A stretch of DNA of 54,951 nt from a virus (IMGVR_UViG_3300047157_000021:1-54951); one strand, 5' to 3'. Counted from the first letter of the stretch, positions 1-11,673 are shown. Notes: generated by a model not told the origin, from the letters alone. A program made the numbers and translations.

Positions 1-1685
1 CAGCAGACCAAACTGCTGCTGAAATAAGAGTTTTGGTAGAGTCTGCTACAGACAGTAATGTTTTTACTGATGCAGATCACTCTAAGTTAAACGCCATAGA
101 AGCATCTGCTACGGCAGATCAGACAGGCGCAGAAATAAAAACTTTGTATGAAGCAGAAGCTAATGCTTACACAGATGCTAAAGATACTAAACTGTCAGGT
201 ATTGAAACAGGTGCCACAGCAGACCAGACTGCGGCTGAGATACGCACTCTTGTAGAGTCTGCTACAGACAGTAACGTCTTCACTGACGCTGATCATACTA
301 AGCTTAACGCTATTGAAGCAGGAGCAACTGGCGATCAAACTAACGCTGAAATCAGGGCGGCGGTAGAAGCCGCTACTGACAGTAATGTGTTTACAGATGC
401 AGACCATACAAAGCTAAATGGTATTGAAGCTAGTGCAGATGTAACAGATACTACTAACGTAACTTCCGCTGGTGCCTTAATGGATAGCGAGGTTACTAAC
501 CTAGCACAAGTTAAAGCATTTGATAGCTCCGACTACGCTACAGCCGCACAGGGTGCTACTGCTGATGCCGCACTGCCTAAAGCTGGCGGCACTATGACTG
601 GTAATATTAATTTAGGCGACAACGACAAAGCCATCTTTGGTGCTGGGTCTGACCTACAGATTTACCATGATGGTAGTCGGAGCATTATTCAAGATAACGG
701 CACTGGAAACCTAAGAATACAGGCAAATAATCTTGAATTAAATAACGCTGACAATAGTGAAAACTATTTGTTTGCTGGTAATAACGGTGCAGTAACTCTG
801 TATTATGACAATGCTGAAAAGTTAAACACCACCAGCACAGGCATTGACGTAACAGGAAACATTGCAGCAAGCGGAACCGTCGATGGTCGTGACGTTGCAG
901 CGGATGGCACGAAGCTGGATGGTATTGAGGCTTCTGCTAATGTTACAGATAGTGCAAACGTAGGCACTTCTCTTACTGGTTTCCCTACCAATACGGACGC
1001 AACAGGTTCAGATCTTATTCCTGTATATGATGTGTCTGCTAGTAGATGGGAAAAGCAAACAATTACCAATGCGGCATTGCAAGGTCCAACTGGCCCTACA
1101 GGTCCAACGGGTCCAGCAGGATCTAATGGTTCTAATGGCTCTACGGGGCCAACTGGCCCTACTGGTCCGACTGGCCCTACGGGTCCAGCGGGTGCTGACG
1201 GTGATGATGGTGCTACTGGCCCTACGGGTCCAACAGGACCAACTGGCCCTCAAGGTAATTCTGTCACAGGTCCGACTGGACCAACAGGGCCAACAGGGCC
1301 ACAAGGTAACTCTGTTACTGGACCAACGGGGCCAACGGGGCCAACAGGGCCGCAGGGAAATACAGGAGCAACAGGCTCACAGGGTCCAACAGGGGCTACT
1401 GGCCCAACGGGTCCAACGGGTCCAACGGGTCCAGCAGCTTCTGCGTCTAATACTTGGCAAGCCTACGGCCTATCTAACAATACTCAATATCAAAATACTA
1501 CTGGCGAAATTATGCAAGTAGCTGGAATTGGCTTTTCATATGTAGGAACAAGCTCTGCTTCTGCTCCAGCGGGAGACCCAGGGGTTCCTGGTGTTGATTA
1601 CCCAACATTTCACTCCGTCATTCCAAACAACCAATATTTTCAAATAAGTTATGTTGCCAATGCAACAGTAAGGGCTTTAAAGTAA
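1..1685 (+). CDS. Fibre protein 1, C-terminal part (continues from 54243..54951; about 797 aa joined), with ~37-aa repeats and a collagen-like GPT region
   Basis: Frame open from base 3; final A of the window plus CA at 1-2 gives ACA, reading ...[20 protein letters not shown]; [17 protein letters not shown] repeats; Gly-X-Y run. Confidence 0.85.
   Translation, partial: ADQTAAEIRVLVESATDSNVFTDADHSKLNAIEASATADQTGAEIKTLYEAEANAYTDAKDTKLSGIETGATADQTAAEIRTLVESATDSNVFTDADHTKLNAIEAGATGDQTNAEIRAAVEAATDSNVFTDADHTKLNGIEASADVTDTTNVTSAGALMDSEVTNLAQVKAFDSSDYATAAQGATADAALPKAGGTMTGNINLGDNDKAIFGAGSDLQIYHDGSRSIIQDNGTGNLRIQANNLELNNADNSENYLFAGNNGAVTLYYDNAEKLNTTSTGIDVTGNIAASGTVDGRDVAADGTKLDGIEASANVTDSANVGTSLTGFPTNTDATGSDLIPVYDVSASRWEKQTITNAALQGPTGPTGPTGPAGSNGSNGSTGPTGPTGPTGPTGPAGADGDDGATGPTGPTGPTGPQGNSVTGPTGPTGPTGPQGNSVTGPTGPTGPTGPQGNTGATGSQGPTGATGPTGPTGPTGPAASASNTWQAYGLSNNTQYQNTTGEIMQVAGIGFSYVGTSSASAPAGDPGVPGVDYPTFHSVIPNNQYFQISYVANATVRALK
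1083..1436 (+). repeat. Collagen-like Gly-Pro-Thr coding repeat
   Basis: GPTGPT tandem triplets with two GNSVT interruptions. Confidence 0.95.
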
Positions 1686-2065
1686 TGAGACATTTTTACA
1701 GTCAGATTAAAGGACAATATTGGGTTACGCTTACAGATGATCTTGGGCCTCATATTACTGACGCATACCCATCAGATACGATAGAAGTAGAGCCGCAACC
1801 TACCCCTATACACACTTATGAAAATGGCGTTTGGGTAGAGCCTGACGCTCAAACTTCTTATGATTATTATTCTAATGAAGTTAGACAGTTAAGAAACTAT
1901 TTATTATTTGCTGAAGTTGATGCTATCTCTAACACACCGCTAAAATGGCAAGATCTTTCAGAAGAAAAAAAGGCTGAGTGGGCGCAATATCGCAGGGATT
2001 TATTAAACATTACAGAGCAGTCTGGATTTCCGCAAAATGTGATTTGGCCCACTAAACCTGCATGA
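1685..2065 (+). CDS. Tail fibre assembly chaperone
   Basis: C-terminal WAQYRRDLLNIT...FPQNVIWPTKP typical of fibre chaperones; TAATG coupling to the fibre gene. Confidence 0.75.
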   Translation: MRHFYSQIKGQYWVTLTDDLGPHITDAYPSDTIEVEPQPTPIHTYENGVWVEPDAQTSYDYYSNEVRQLRNYLLFAEVDAISNTPLKWQDLSEEKKAEWAQYRRDLLNITEQSGFPQNVIWPTKPA

Positions 2066-2117
2066 CGTAACGTTGGAGTAATTTTATGTATAATAATAAA
2101 AACAATAAGGATAACTT

Positions 2118-2666
2118 ATGGACAATGTAAGACAAAACTGGCAGCTATTTTCTGCTGCACTATCAGAAGATATAGTAGATAATATTGTAAAACAAGCTGG
2201 TGAAACAGCAGAAGCTTGTACCTTTAATAGCAGCGGTGCAGATATACGGAAGAGTAAAGTATCTTGGCTTACAAATAATAAACCTGTATTAGATTTACTT
2301 TATGACTTTGTAGATATAGCAAATAGAAATGCTTTTAACGCTCATATTTATAAAAAAGCGGATATACAATTTACAGAATACTTAGGCTCAGAAGGTGGTC
2401 ACTACTCTTGGCATCATGACATTAATTGGAACCGCAATGATGGTTTAGATCGTAAGCTATCTGTAACTGTACAGCTTTCTCATGTAGATGAATATAAAGG
2501 TGGTGCCTTTTCTTTTAGCGAGTGCACATCACCTGACCCAGTAATAAGTAAGCAAAAAGGAACAGTATTAGTATTTCCTTCTTATTTACAACATTCAGTA
2601 CAACCCGTAACGAGCGGAACACGAAGAAGTTTAGTAGCTTGGTTTGAAGGCCCAAAGTGGGTTTAA
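2118..2666 (+). CDS. 2OG-Fe(II) oxygenase, prolyl-4-hydroxylase/PKHD-like
   Basis: WHHD (HxD), RKLSVTVQLS, YKGG, GTVLVFPSYLQHSVQPVTSGTRRSLVAW; AAGGA RBS. Confidence 0.92.
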   Translation: MDNVRQNWQLFSAALSEDIVDNIVKQAGETAEACTFNSSGADIRKSKVSWLTNNKPVLDLLYDFVDIANRNAFNAHIYKKADIQFTEYLGSEGGHYSWHHDINWNRNDGLDRKLSVTVQLSHVDEYKGGAFSFSECTSPDPVISKQKGTVLVFPSYLQHSVQPVTSGTRRSLVAWFEGPKWV

Positions 2667-2683
2667 CTAAATAGGATACGTAG

Positions 2684-5167
2684 ATGACCAGTAAGGCAAG
2701 AGAGTTAGCAGATCTTTTAGATGCTAGTGGTAACATCAAAACAAAATCAGGTAGGACTACACAAGGTCGTAACTTGAGTAATGATGGTACTAAGTTAGAT
2801 GGTATTGAAAGTGGGGCAACTGCAGATCAAACGCACTCAGAGATTCGTGCGTTAATTGTTGCTGGTAGTGATACTAATGTATTTACTGATACTGATCACT
2901 CTAAGCTAGATGGAATAGAAGCTGGTGCAACAGCGGATCAGACAGATGCAGAAATAAGAGCAGCAGTAGAAGCAGCTACAGATAGTAATGTTTTTACAGA
3001 TGCTGACCATACGAAGCTTAACGCTATTGAGGCGGGTGCTACTGCTGACCAAACAGATGCTGAGATTAGAGCGGCTGTAGAGGCTGCTACAGATTCTAAC
3101 GTATTTACTGACGCAGATCACTCTAAGCTAAATGCGATTGAAGCAGGTGCTACTGCTGACCAGACTAAAGCTGACATTGATGCACTAAACATTGATGCAG
3201 ATACTTTAGATGGTAAGCAACTAGCTACTATTGAATCTGAGTATCAGTCATATGCAAATACGGCTGCAGCTAACGTAGTTGACTCAGCACCTGCTGCACT
3301 TAACACACTTAACGAATTAGCTGCAGCATTAGGTGACGATGCTAACTTTGCTACAACTACAGCAACTAGCTTAGGAGAAAAACTACCTAAGTCTGGTGGT
3401 CAAATGACTGGTAACATTACTATGTCAGGATCACAAACTGTAGACGGTAGAGACTTATCTGTAGATGGTGCAAAGCTAGATGGCATAGAAAGCGGTGCTA
3501 CTGCTGACCAAAGCGCTGCAGAAATAAGAGCATTAGTGGAAAGTGCATCTGATAGTAATGTATTTACTAATGCAGATCATAGTAAACTAAATGGAATTGA
3601 AGCCTCTGCTAATGTTACAGATAGTGCTAATGTAGGTTCATCTCTTACTGGTTTCCCTACTAATACAGATGCAGTATCTAGTGATTTAATTCCAGTGTAT
3701 GACGTTAGTGCAAGCAGATGGGAAAAGCAGACTATAGCTAATGCAGCTTTGGTTGGACCTACAGGCCCGACTGGTCCTACGGGTGCTACTGGACCTACAG
3801 GCCCACAAGGTTCTACAGGCCCACAAGGTTCTACGGGTCCAACAGGTTCAACAGGCCCAACAGGTTCAGATGGTGATGATGGAGCTACTGGACCTACGGG
3901 TCCAACGGGGCCAGCGGGTAATAACGGTGGTACTGGACCAACTGGACCAACTGGCCCGACAGGACCACAAGGGCCAACGGGTCCACAAGGAAACTCTGTC
4001 ACTGGACCTACGGGGCCACAAGGGCCAACAGGTAATACTGGCTCAACAGGCCCAACAGGCCCGACTGGACCAACTGGACCTTCTGGTAATCCCTTTGGTG
4101 GCGGTACGTTTACAGGTAATGTAAGTTTTGGAAACAACTCCATTACAGACGTTGAGAGCATTACTGTTGATAATGCTATTTATTCAACTGGCGATACTGA
4201 TACTTACATGCAGTTTCACTCAGGCAATCAATGGCGGGTAGTAGCTGGGGGTAATGAGAGCCTAGAGGTTCGCAGCGGTGTTGTTAACGTCGATATGCTT
4301 GAAATTCAGGGAACCGACGTAATTAGCTCAGGTCGGCAATTACAGAACATTGCTTCTTTAGACAGCACAACGCAATCAACTATTGCGAGTGCTTTAGGGT
4401 TTTTAACGGTTGATGTGTTGGTTGTAGCTGGCGGCGGTGCAGGAGGGATTAACAGATCTGGCGGCGGTGGCGCTGGTGGCGCTCTTGAAATAAACGGTGC
4501 GTTAGCATCAGGATCATCCGCTATAGTTATTGGTGGTGGTGGAGCATCCTCTGGTTCTGTATCAAGCGGAAGTAATAGCGCTGCGGGCGCTCTAGGCACT
4601 GCAACTGGTGGAGGTAGAGGCGCTACTCTTGGAACCCCTGCGGGTCAGGCTTTATCTGGTGGATCAGGCGGCGGCGGTGCTGCGCATGGCTCATATAGTA
4701 GTGGTGCATCTGGTACATCTGGGCAAGGTAACTCAGGAGGAAATGGCTCTACAGCTGCTGGCGGTGGTGGCGGCAAAAGTAGCTCTGGCAGCAATGGGTC
4801 GGGCAATAATGGCGGTGCTGGTGGCTCAGGTTTTGTCTGGAATGGCTTTATAACCGTAGCTGGCGGCGGCGGTGGCGGCCAGAATGGCAACAGTGGCGGT
4901 GGTGGTGCTGGTGGCTCTGGTGGTGGCGGCACAGGGGCTAGAGGCTATGTTGTTGCTGCAACTGGGGGATCTGCAAACACTGGCGGCGGCGGCGGTGGTG
5001 GATCTGGTCAAAGCGGTGTTGCAACTGGTTTTGGTGCTGGTGGTGGTTCTGGGGTTGTTGTTATCAGATATGCTGGCGGTACTGCTGCAACAGGCGGCAC
5101 TATAACTTCATCTGGTGGCTACACATATCATAAGTTTACGTCCTCTGGTACTTTCACGGTAAGTTAG
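2684..5167 (+). CDS. Fibre protein 2: ~37-aa repeats, collagen-like region, glycine-rich C-terminal domain
   Basis: Same repeats as fibre 1; [18 protein letters not shown] fibre motif; [11 protein letters not shown]...[10 protein letters not shown]...[12 protein letters not shown]. Confidence 0.88.
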   Translation: MTSKARELADLLDASGNIKTKSGRTTQGRNLSNDGTKLDGIESGATADQTHSEIRALIVAGSDTNVFTDTDHSKLDGIEAGATADQTDAEIRAAVEAATDSNVFTDADHTKLNAIEAGATADQTDAEIRAAVEAATDSNVFTDADHSKLNAIEAGATADQTKADIDALNIDADTLDGKQLATIESEYQSYANTAAANVVDSAPAALNTLNELAAALGDDANFATTTATSLGEKLPKSGGQMTGNITMSGSQTVDGRDLSVDGAKLDGIESGATADQSAAEIRALVESASDSNVFTNADHSKLNGIEASANVTDSANVGSSLTGFPTNTDAVSSDLIPVYDVSASRWEKQTIANAALVGPTGPTGPTGATGPTGPQGSTGPQGSTGPTGSTGPTGSDGDDGATGPTGPTGPAGNNGGTGPTGPTGPTGPQGPTGPQGNSVTGPTGPQGPTGNTGSTGPTGPTGPTGPSGNPFGGGTFTGNVSFGNNSITDVESITVDNAIYSTGDTDTYMQFHSGNQWRVVAGGNESLEVRSGVVNVDMLEIQGTDVISSGRQLQNIASLDSTTQSTIASALGFLTVDVLVVAGGGAGGINRSGGGGAGGALEINGALASGSSAIVIGGGGASSGSVSSGSNSAAGALGTATGGGRGATLGTPAGQALSGGSGGGGAAHGSYSSGASGTSGQGNSGGNGSTAAGGGGGKSSSGSNGSGNNGGAGGSGFVWNGFITVAGGGGGGQNGNSGGGGAGGSGGGGTGARGYVVAATGGSANTGGGGGGGSGQSGVATGFGAGGGSGVVVIRYAGGTAATGGTITSSGGYTYHKFTSSGTFTVS
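3755..4093 (+). repeat. Collagen-like Gly-Pro-Thr coding repeat
   Basis: GPT/GPQ/GST triplets. Confidence 0.95.
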
Positions 5168-5179
5168 TAGGAAAATAAA

Positions 5180-5566
5180 ATGGGTCATTATGCAAAAGTA
5201 TTAGATGGAACAGTAACAAATGTTATCGTAGCTAAAGCAGATTTTTTTGACACCTTTGTCGATACATCTGCGGGTGATTGGATAAAGTGTTCATATAACA
5301 CTAGGGGTGGGGTTCATTACGAACCTAATAGCAACACCCCATCCTCTGACCAGACAAAGGCTTTGCGAAAAAACTATGCTGGTGTTGATTGGAAATATGA
5401 TGGCGTAGGATTTTACGAGCCACAGCCATACCCTAGCTGGACACTTAATTCAGAAACATATCTTTGGGAGCCGCCTATTCCAGCCCCAGTCGTAGAAGAT
5501 ACACTTTTTTATTGGGATGAGAGTGCTTATCAGGCTGACAACTCTACAGGATGGGTGGCTTATTGA
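5180..5566 (+). CDS. Fibre-associated protein (possible chaperone)
   Basis: SYNTRGG..RKNYAG..PQPYPSW..WEPP pattern commonly seen after Gly-rich fibre genes; AGGA RBS. Confidence 0.6.
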   Translation: MGHYAKVLDGTVTNVIVAKADFFDTFVDTSAGDWIKCSYNTRGGVHYEPNSNTPSSDQTKALRKNYAGVDWKYDGVGFYEPQPYPSWTLNSETYLWEPPIPAPVVEDTLFYWDESAYQADNSTGWVAY

Positions 5567-5607
5567 TGGGCTTAAAAGTCAGAATAACTTTAAGGTAATT
5601 ATAGAAC

Positions 5608-6471
5608 ATGTTTGGTTTTACACCGTTAGCAACTACTACTCTAGCATCATCTGTATCAGGTGTTTCTGCAGAAGTACCTATTACAGGTGTAGTTGCTACG
5701 GGTGCAGTCTCTACTGTTGTAGAACATGTTACTGAGCGCCTTGCTAGTGTAACTGCTACAGGTGCAATAGGTACACCTTCTATAAACCCTGACGAAGTTA
5801 CAAACTCTGTAAGTGCTACAACAGCCGTAGGCACAGTAACTGTAAATATTTCTGAATTACTTGCTAGTGTAGCAGCCACAGGTACAGTAGTAACTGTAGG
5901 GTTTGATGCTAAAGGTAATCATACATTAGCATCTGTAAGTGCTACAGGATCTATTGAGCCAGTTTCTGTTGGTGGCTTTGAAGTTGATGTATCTGAAAAC
6001 TTACTATCTGTTTCAGCTACAGGTGCAGTAGGTAGCCTAACAGTTAATGTATCTGAGTTACTAAATAGTGTAGCTGCTACAGGTACAATAACAAATGTAA
6101 TACCTTCTGGTGACGCTAATCAAACACTTGTAGGTGTATCAGCATCTGGTGCAATTGAAGCCGTTAGCTTCGATGGATTTGAAATTGATATATCTGAAAA
6201 ATTACTATCTGTTTCAGCTACAGGTACAGTAGCAAGTGTAAAAGCAAATATAGCAGAGATACTCAATAGTGTAGCCGCTAATACAAATGTAGGAAGTGTA
6301 GTTGCTACAGGAGTTACATTCCAGTTTGATATAAACGCATTTGATAAAGATAGAGTTATTTATGCAGTAGCAGTACCAAGAGAAAACGTAGTACATATTA
6401 GACCAGATAATAGAACCATTGTGATTAATGAAATAAGTAGGATTAATCAAACAATTAGAGTTGCAGCCTAA
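5608..6471 (+). CDS. Putative virion structural protein with repeated SVSATG units
   Basis: Repeats of ExLxSVxATGxVG; structural gene context. Confidence 0.6.
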   Translation: MFGFTPLATTTLASSVSGVSAEVPITGVVATGAVSTVVEHVTERLASVTATGAIGTPSINPDEVTNSVSATTAVGTVTVNISELLASVAATGTVVTVGFDAKGNHTLASVSATGSIEPVSVGGFEVDVSENLLSVSATGAVGSLTVNVSELLNSVAATGTITNVIPSGDANQTLVGVSASGAIEAVSFDGFEIDISEKLLSVSATGTVASVKANIAEILNSVAANTNVGSVVATGVTFQFDINAFDKDRVIYAVAVPRENVVHIRPDNRTIVINEISRINQTIRVAA

Positions 6472-6481
6472 AGGATAACAA

Positions 6482-6799
6482 ATGTCATATAAGTGGCCTG
6501 ATAAAGATAAAGATGAATTGCTTGACTACAGCATTGATTGGTCACGCTTTTTAGGTACAGATACTATTTCTGCTGTTACTTGGTTTATAGATGCTGCAGA
6601 TGGTACTAAAACACAAGTTAATGCTACTGATATTGTTGATGGATTACAGTTTGTACAGGGTACATATACTAATACTGTTGCTACAATTAGATTAAGTTTA
6701 GGCACTAATAATAAACGTTATAAGATTACGTGTAAAATAACTACAGTAGGCGCACTACAGTATGAGCGTTCTGTGTTGTTGCGCGTGAGGGAGAAGTAA
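6482..6799 (+). CDS. Hypothetical structural protein
   Basis: AAGGA RBS; KWPDKDxDExLDYSIDWSRFL start; context. Confidence 0.6.
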   Translation: MSYKWPDKDKDELLDYSIDWSRFLGTDTISAVTWFIDAADGTKTQVNATDIVDGLQFVQGTYTNTVATIRLSLGTNNKRYKITCKITTVGALQYERSVLLRVREK

Positions 6800-6800
6800 T

Positions 6801-7485
6801 ATGGCATACGATTATCTTGGGTTAGTTAATGATGTAAATCGTAGGCTTAATGAAGTAGAATTAACCTCTGCTAACTTTGCTACTACTACAGGTTTTTATA
6901 GTTTTGCTAAAGATGCAGTAAACTCTTCTATTCGTCACATTCAACAAGAAGAGTACGAGTGGCCTTGGAATCATGTAGAGCAAGAAGAAGTTCTACTTGC
7001 TGGTGAAACTCGCTATAGCTATCCTTATGATGCAAAAACAATTAACATGAATAGTTTTAGAATTAAACGTGATGATAACCTAGCAACGAATACTATTAAA
7101 CTTAAAGTACTTAGTTATGAAGAATACCTTGACAAACATGTAGATACTGAGTATAACTCTAGTAATACAGGAACTCCACGTTATATAGTACGTGCCCCTA
7201 GTCGAGAGTTATTAGTAGTACCTAGTCCTGATAAAGCATATGAATTAATATATGAGTATTACTACTACAGGATTTGACTTAGAACTTTTTTCTGACGTAC
7301 CAAATCTTCCTGAACAGTATCGTTACGTTATTGTAGATGGTGCAATGTATTACGCATATCAATTTAGAGGCGATATGCAAGCAGCACAATTGTCTATGCA
7401 AAAATTTACACAGGGTATTAAACATTTACGTAGTATAAATATAAATCGTACAGAGTATGTACGTGACTTGAGAGTACACTTTTAA
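6801..7485 (+). CDS. Tail adaptor (tubular protein A-like), split by an apparent 1-nt insertion near 7263
   Basis: ORFs 6801..7277 and 7252..7485 join as YEYY-TTGFDLELFSDVP if one T is removed; position before the nozzle gene. Confidence 0.65.
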
Positions 7486-9034
7486 TGGCAACACAATGGC
7501 AGACATTTCCTATTGAGTTTAGAGGTGGTCTTATCTCTAATCTTACTGCACTTACAGCAAGGTACTAATGCTGTAGGCTCTGCTACGTTACTACAAAACT
7601 TTGAAGTAAATAAAGAGGGTGGCTATTCTAAGATACGTGGATATCTCAAAGTACAGCGCACAACAAGTTACGGGTAGTGGTCCTATACTTGCATTAAAAG
7701 TTATTAGTTCAGGTCGGATTGTTGCAGCACGTAAAAATGGAAGTAACTACACTCAGTATTATTACAGTACAGGTGGCGCATGGACTAGCATGGCTACTAG
7801 CGCAGCTACAAATGGTGGTAAAGCTAAGAGTGTTTTATTTAATTTGGATGGTGACGATAAAGTTATATTTGTAGATGGTACTAATTATCCTGCAATATAT
7901 AATACATCTGGTAACAGTACTACCTTTATGACTTCTTCAAATAGTACGGATGTTTTAGGTGCACAGCATGTGGCTATATTTAAAAATACAGCTTTTTATG
8001 CAAAAGGCAATACAATATTTTTTACTGCTCCTTTTACCGTAGATGATTTTAGTGTAGCAAATGGCGCAGGTTCCATTAACGTAGCTAATGATATTACAGG
8101 ACTAGCAGTATTTCGTGAACAACTTATTATATTTACTACTGATACAATTAAAAGACTTACTGGGAGTAGTTCCGCAGACTTTCAAGTATCACCTATTACA
8201 GATCGTATTGGTTGTATCAACGGTGATACTATTCAGGAGGTTGGCGGTGATATTATGTATCTATCCCCTGATGGTATAAGATTACTAAGCGCTACAGATC
8301 GTATTGGTGATTTTGGTTTAGACATTGCTTCTGATACTATTGTAAAAGATGCTACTACATTTTTAAGCCAGACTCCTGAGTTTTGTTCAGTTGTGTTAAA
8401 AGAAAAAGCTCAGTATCGTATTTTTGCATATGTACTATCAGAACAAACAGAAGCTGCAAAAGGATTAATAGCAACAAAGTTTGTATCACAGGGTGCTGGC
8501 GGTTTAGCGTGGTCTACTACAAAAGGTATAAAAGCATTTATTGCAGACAGTAGATATACAGGAACATCTGAAACTTTAGCGTTTGCTAATGAAGATGGTT
8601 ATGTGTATGTAATGGAAACAGGCTCTAATTTTGATGGGGGCAATATAGAGGCTATCTATGAATCTCCATTTATGCCTATCTCAGATCCTCAGATTCGTAA
8701 AACATTTTACAAAATGACACTTTACGCAGAGCCATCTGCAAGTATGACACTAGACTTAAACATTAAGTATGATTTTGCTTCTGCTACAAATACAAAAGTT
8801 GTTCAACCTTCTACACAACAAATATCAAGTACAGGTAGTCAAGTGTTTTTATTTGGAGCTTCGTCTTCTGTGTTTAATAGCTCTACATATGGTGGAGAGT
8901 TAGATAAAGTTTATAATACAAATTTAATTGGGTCTGGTAAAACTGTAGCAATACGATTAGAAGATTTATCTACCAACCCTACTTTTACTTTAGATACTGC
9001 GCTGTTGGAATACAGCCAAGAAGATAGACAATAA
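7485..9034 (+). CDS. Tail nozzle (tubular protein B-like), with two apparent 1-nt insertions near 7553 and 7645
   Basis: ATG 7485 overlaps the upstream stop; three frames join as MATQWQTFPIEFRGGLISNLTAL-QQGTNAVGSATLLQNFEVNKEGGYSKIRGY-SKYSAQQ; beta-rich body. Confidence 0.65.
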
Positions 9035-9043
9035 GGAAACACT

Positions 9044-10615
9044 ATGGCAGGTTATACTAGACAAGATACCGCAAACAACATTGCTAATGGTAATGTTATT
9101 GACGCTGACGATTTTGATGCAGAGTACAACGCTATTGAATCAGGGTTTAATGCTTCTACAGGCCATAAGCACGATGGTACTGCAGGTGAAGGTGCACCTA
9201 TTACAAAGGTAGGACCAAGCCAAGATCTTATTGTATCAGGATCGCAAGTGCTGCCTAAGACTGCAAACACGTTAGATCTGGGATCTAATAGTACTAGATT
9301 TAAAAATGCATATATAGATGGTACTACAGTATCAGATGCACTAACTGTTACAGACAACGCTACTGTAGGTGGTACACTAGGTGTGACAGGAGCAACAACG
9401 TTATCTAGCACAGCAGCTATTACAGGTAACACTACAGTAGGTGGTACATTAGGGGTTACGGGTGCATCTACATTAGCTAGTGCTGCAGTTACCAATAACG
9501 CCACAGTAGGCGGTACTCTTGGTGTTACTGGTAATAGTACTATTGGTGGCACTCTTGGTGTGACAGGACAGATTACAGGCAATATTACAGGTGCCGTAAC
9601 AGGTAATGCATCTACTGCAACTGCATTACAAACTGCAAGAAGCATTACTATTGATGGTGATGTAGATGCTAGTGCTACAGATTTTGATGGCACAGGTAAC
9701 ATTACCCTTACAACAACTTTGGATACAGTAAACTCTAATGTAGGCTCGTTTGGTAGCTCTACAGCTATACCTGTTGTTACTGTAAATGGTAAAGGTTTAG
9801 TTACTGCTGTAAGCACTGCTTCTATTACTACCGCACTAACTGTAGGTGCTGATAGTGGTTCTGACGATAGTGTGGCTTTAGCTACAGACACTTTAAACTT
9901 TGCTGGTACTGCTAATGAAATTGAGACTGCAGTAAGCAACAACCAGATTCAAATTGGTTTACCTAGTGCAGTTACCGTAGGTAGCCTTAATACATCAGGT
10001 AATGTTATTGTTGGAGGAAACTTAACTGTATCAGGCACAACTACTACAGTAAACACTGAGACTATTAACTTAGCTGATAATCAGATATTATTAAATTCTA
10101 ATGAGACAGGAACCCCCTCACAAAATGGTGGTATTGAAATTGAACGTGGTACATCTGATAACAAAACTCTTGTATGGAATGAGACAAGTGATAAGTGGAC
10201 TATAGGTAGTGAAACGTTTGTAGCAAGTACGTTTGAAGGCGCATTAAGTGGCAATGCATCTACTGCTACAGCATTAGCTACATCACGTACTATCAGTCTT
10301 ACAGGCGATGTTTCAGGTAGTGCTTCTTTTAATGGTACAGCTAATGCTACTATTACTGCAACTGTAGCGGATGACAGTCATAACCATGTTATATCAAATG
10401 TTGATGGGTTACAGACTGCGTTAGACGGTAAGGCTGCTCTTGCTGGTAGTTCCTCACAATCATTTCAAGCATCTACTATTGATTTAGGTGACTGGACAAT
10501 TACTCAATCTGGTTCTGATTTAAAGTTTGCTTATCAAGGCACAGACAGACTTAAACTAACAAGTGCAGGTGCGCTTACTGTAGAGAACGATGTAACAGCA
10601 TTTGGTAGCGCGTAA
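9044..10615 (+). CDS. Tail fibre protein
   Basis: MAGYTRQ..GHKHDGT N-terminus, TVGGTLGVTG repeats, GNASTATAL motifs. Confidence 0.82.
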   Translation: MAGYTRQDTANNIANGNVIDADDFDAEYNAIESGFNASTGHKHDGTAGEGAPITKVGPSQDLIVSGSQVLPKTANTLDLGSNSTRFKNAYIDGTTVSDALTVTDNATVGGTLGVTGATTLSSTAAITGNTTVGGTLGVTGASTLASAAVTNNATVGGTLGVTGNSTIGGTLGVTGQITGNITGAVTGNASTATALQTARSITIDGDVDASATDFDGTGNITLTTTLDTVNSNVGSFGSSTAIPVVTVNGKGLVTAVSTASITTALTVGADSGSDDSVALATDTLNFAGTANEIETAVSNNQIQIGLPSAVTVGSLNTSGNVIVGGNLTVSGTTTTVNTETINLADNQILLNSNETGTPSQNGGIEIERGTSDNKTLVWNETSDKWTIGSETFVASTFEGALSGNASTATALATSRTISLTGDVSGSASFNGTANATITATVADDSHNHVISNVDGLQTALDGKAALAGSSSQSFQASTIDLGDWTITQSGSDLKFAYQGTDRLKLTSAGALTVENDVTAFGSA

Positions 10616-11673
10616 TGACAATAACCGCAATAGATAACTTTGGTCACGCTTCTGGCTCAATATCTATGAGTGAGTTGCGCGACTACTATGGACAGTCTGG
10701 TGCTGTATCCCTTAATGCAAATCTAAATAGTGGTACGAATCCTGTGCCCAGCGATTTGCCAGCATCAGGCGCTACTACTTCTTTTTCTAACTACCGCAAT
10801 AAAACTAGGATACTTAGAAAGAAAGGCACAACAGAAACAAAAGCTAGTGGTACTTCTTGGTCGCCAGCACAGTCAGGTTGTGTTCAGTATCATGTATATG
10901 TTGTAGGTGGCGGTGGCTCTGGCGGTGGAGGCTCTACAGATTCTGGTCGTGAAAAGGTAAGCTCTGGCGGGGGTGCAGGTGGTACAGCATTTCGTAGATA
11001 CTCTGTGCAGGATCATGGTATCACTTCTGCCAGTATTAGTATTGGTGCTGGCGGTGGATCCATTGTCTATCCTGCTAGTAGTGGCACTAGAAAATCAGGG
11101 CGTAACGGGGGCACAACCACATTTAACCCTAACGGCACAGGCACAACAATTTCTGCAAGTGGTGGGCTGCGTGGTTTTGGTCAGGCACAAGGTAATCCTA
11201 GCACCACAGCTACTGCAACCACCCCTGTAGGAGAAAACTCTTCAACTGCTACAACTACTTGGGGGCACTGCTCTGCATCTGAGGGTGGTACAGGCTCTGG
11301 CGGTGAGAGTAATTTTACTGGTGGTAAGTCTGTTGGTTTCTTAATTGGTGGAGATGCATCTGCGTCTAGCGGTGGGGGTTCTCCAAATTTAGGATCTGGT
11401 GGTCATAATGGAACAACAGTTTCAGCAGCGGGTTACTCTAAAGGTGCTACTACTGCGGCTCCCACTAAACCCTCAGAATGGGGTTCTGACGTAAGTGCTA
11501 CCTTCCAAGGTGGCGCGGGTGTACAACACTCAAGCGGTGCGGCGGGTGCTTCTGATGCAGGGAACGATTACGGTGCAGGATCTGGAGGTTCTTCCTCAGA
11601 AAGTGGTGCAGGTTCTACAGGTAGCGGATCTAGTGGTGCTATATTTGTTACTTATTATGAGGTAAACACATGA
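10615..11673 (+). CDS. Glycine-rich putative adhesin / fibre tip protein
   Basis: YVVGGGGSGG..GGGAGG..GAIFVTYY domain; TAATG coupling to the fibre gene. Confidence 0.65.
   Translation: MTITAIDNFGHASGSISMSELRDYYGQSGAVSLNANLNSGTNPVPSDLPASGATTSFSNYRNKTRILRKKGTTETKASGTSWSPAQSGCVQYHVYVVGGGGSGGGGSTDSGREKVSSGGGAGGTAFRRYSVQDHGITSASISIGAGGGSIVYPASSGTRKSGRNGGTTTFNPNGTGTTISASGGLRGFGQAQGNPSTTATATTPVGENSSTATTTWGHCSASEGGTGSGGESNFTGGKSVGFLIGGDASASSGGGSPNLGSGGHNGTTVSAAGYSKGATTAAPTKPSEWGSDVSATFQGGAGVQHSSGAAGASDAGNDYGAGSGGSSSESGAGSTGSGSSGAIFVTYYEVNT

Noticed and set aside
1083-1436. GGTCCAACG matches to the early palindrome
   Set aside because: They are Gly-Pro-Thr codons and lack the TTGGAC half
1-5167. Diversity-generating retroelement acting on fibres
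   Set aside because: No reverse transcriptase; differences between repeats are synonymous and not adenine-specific
3577-9942. Long antisense ORFs (3577..4161, 4645..4932, 9052..9942)
   Set aside because: Shadows of repetitive Gly/Thr/Ala-rich sense genes
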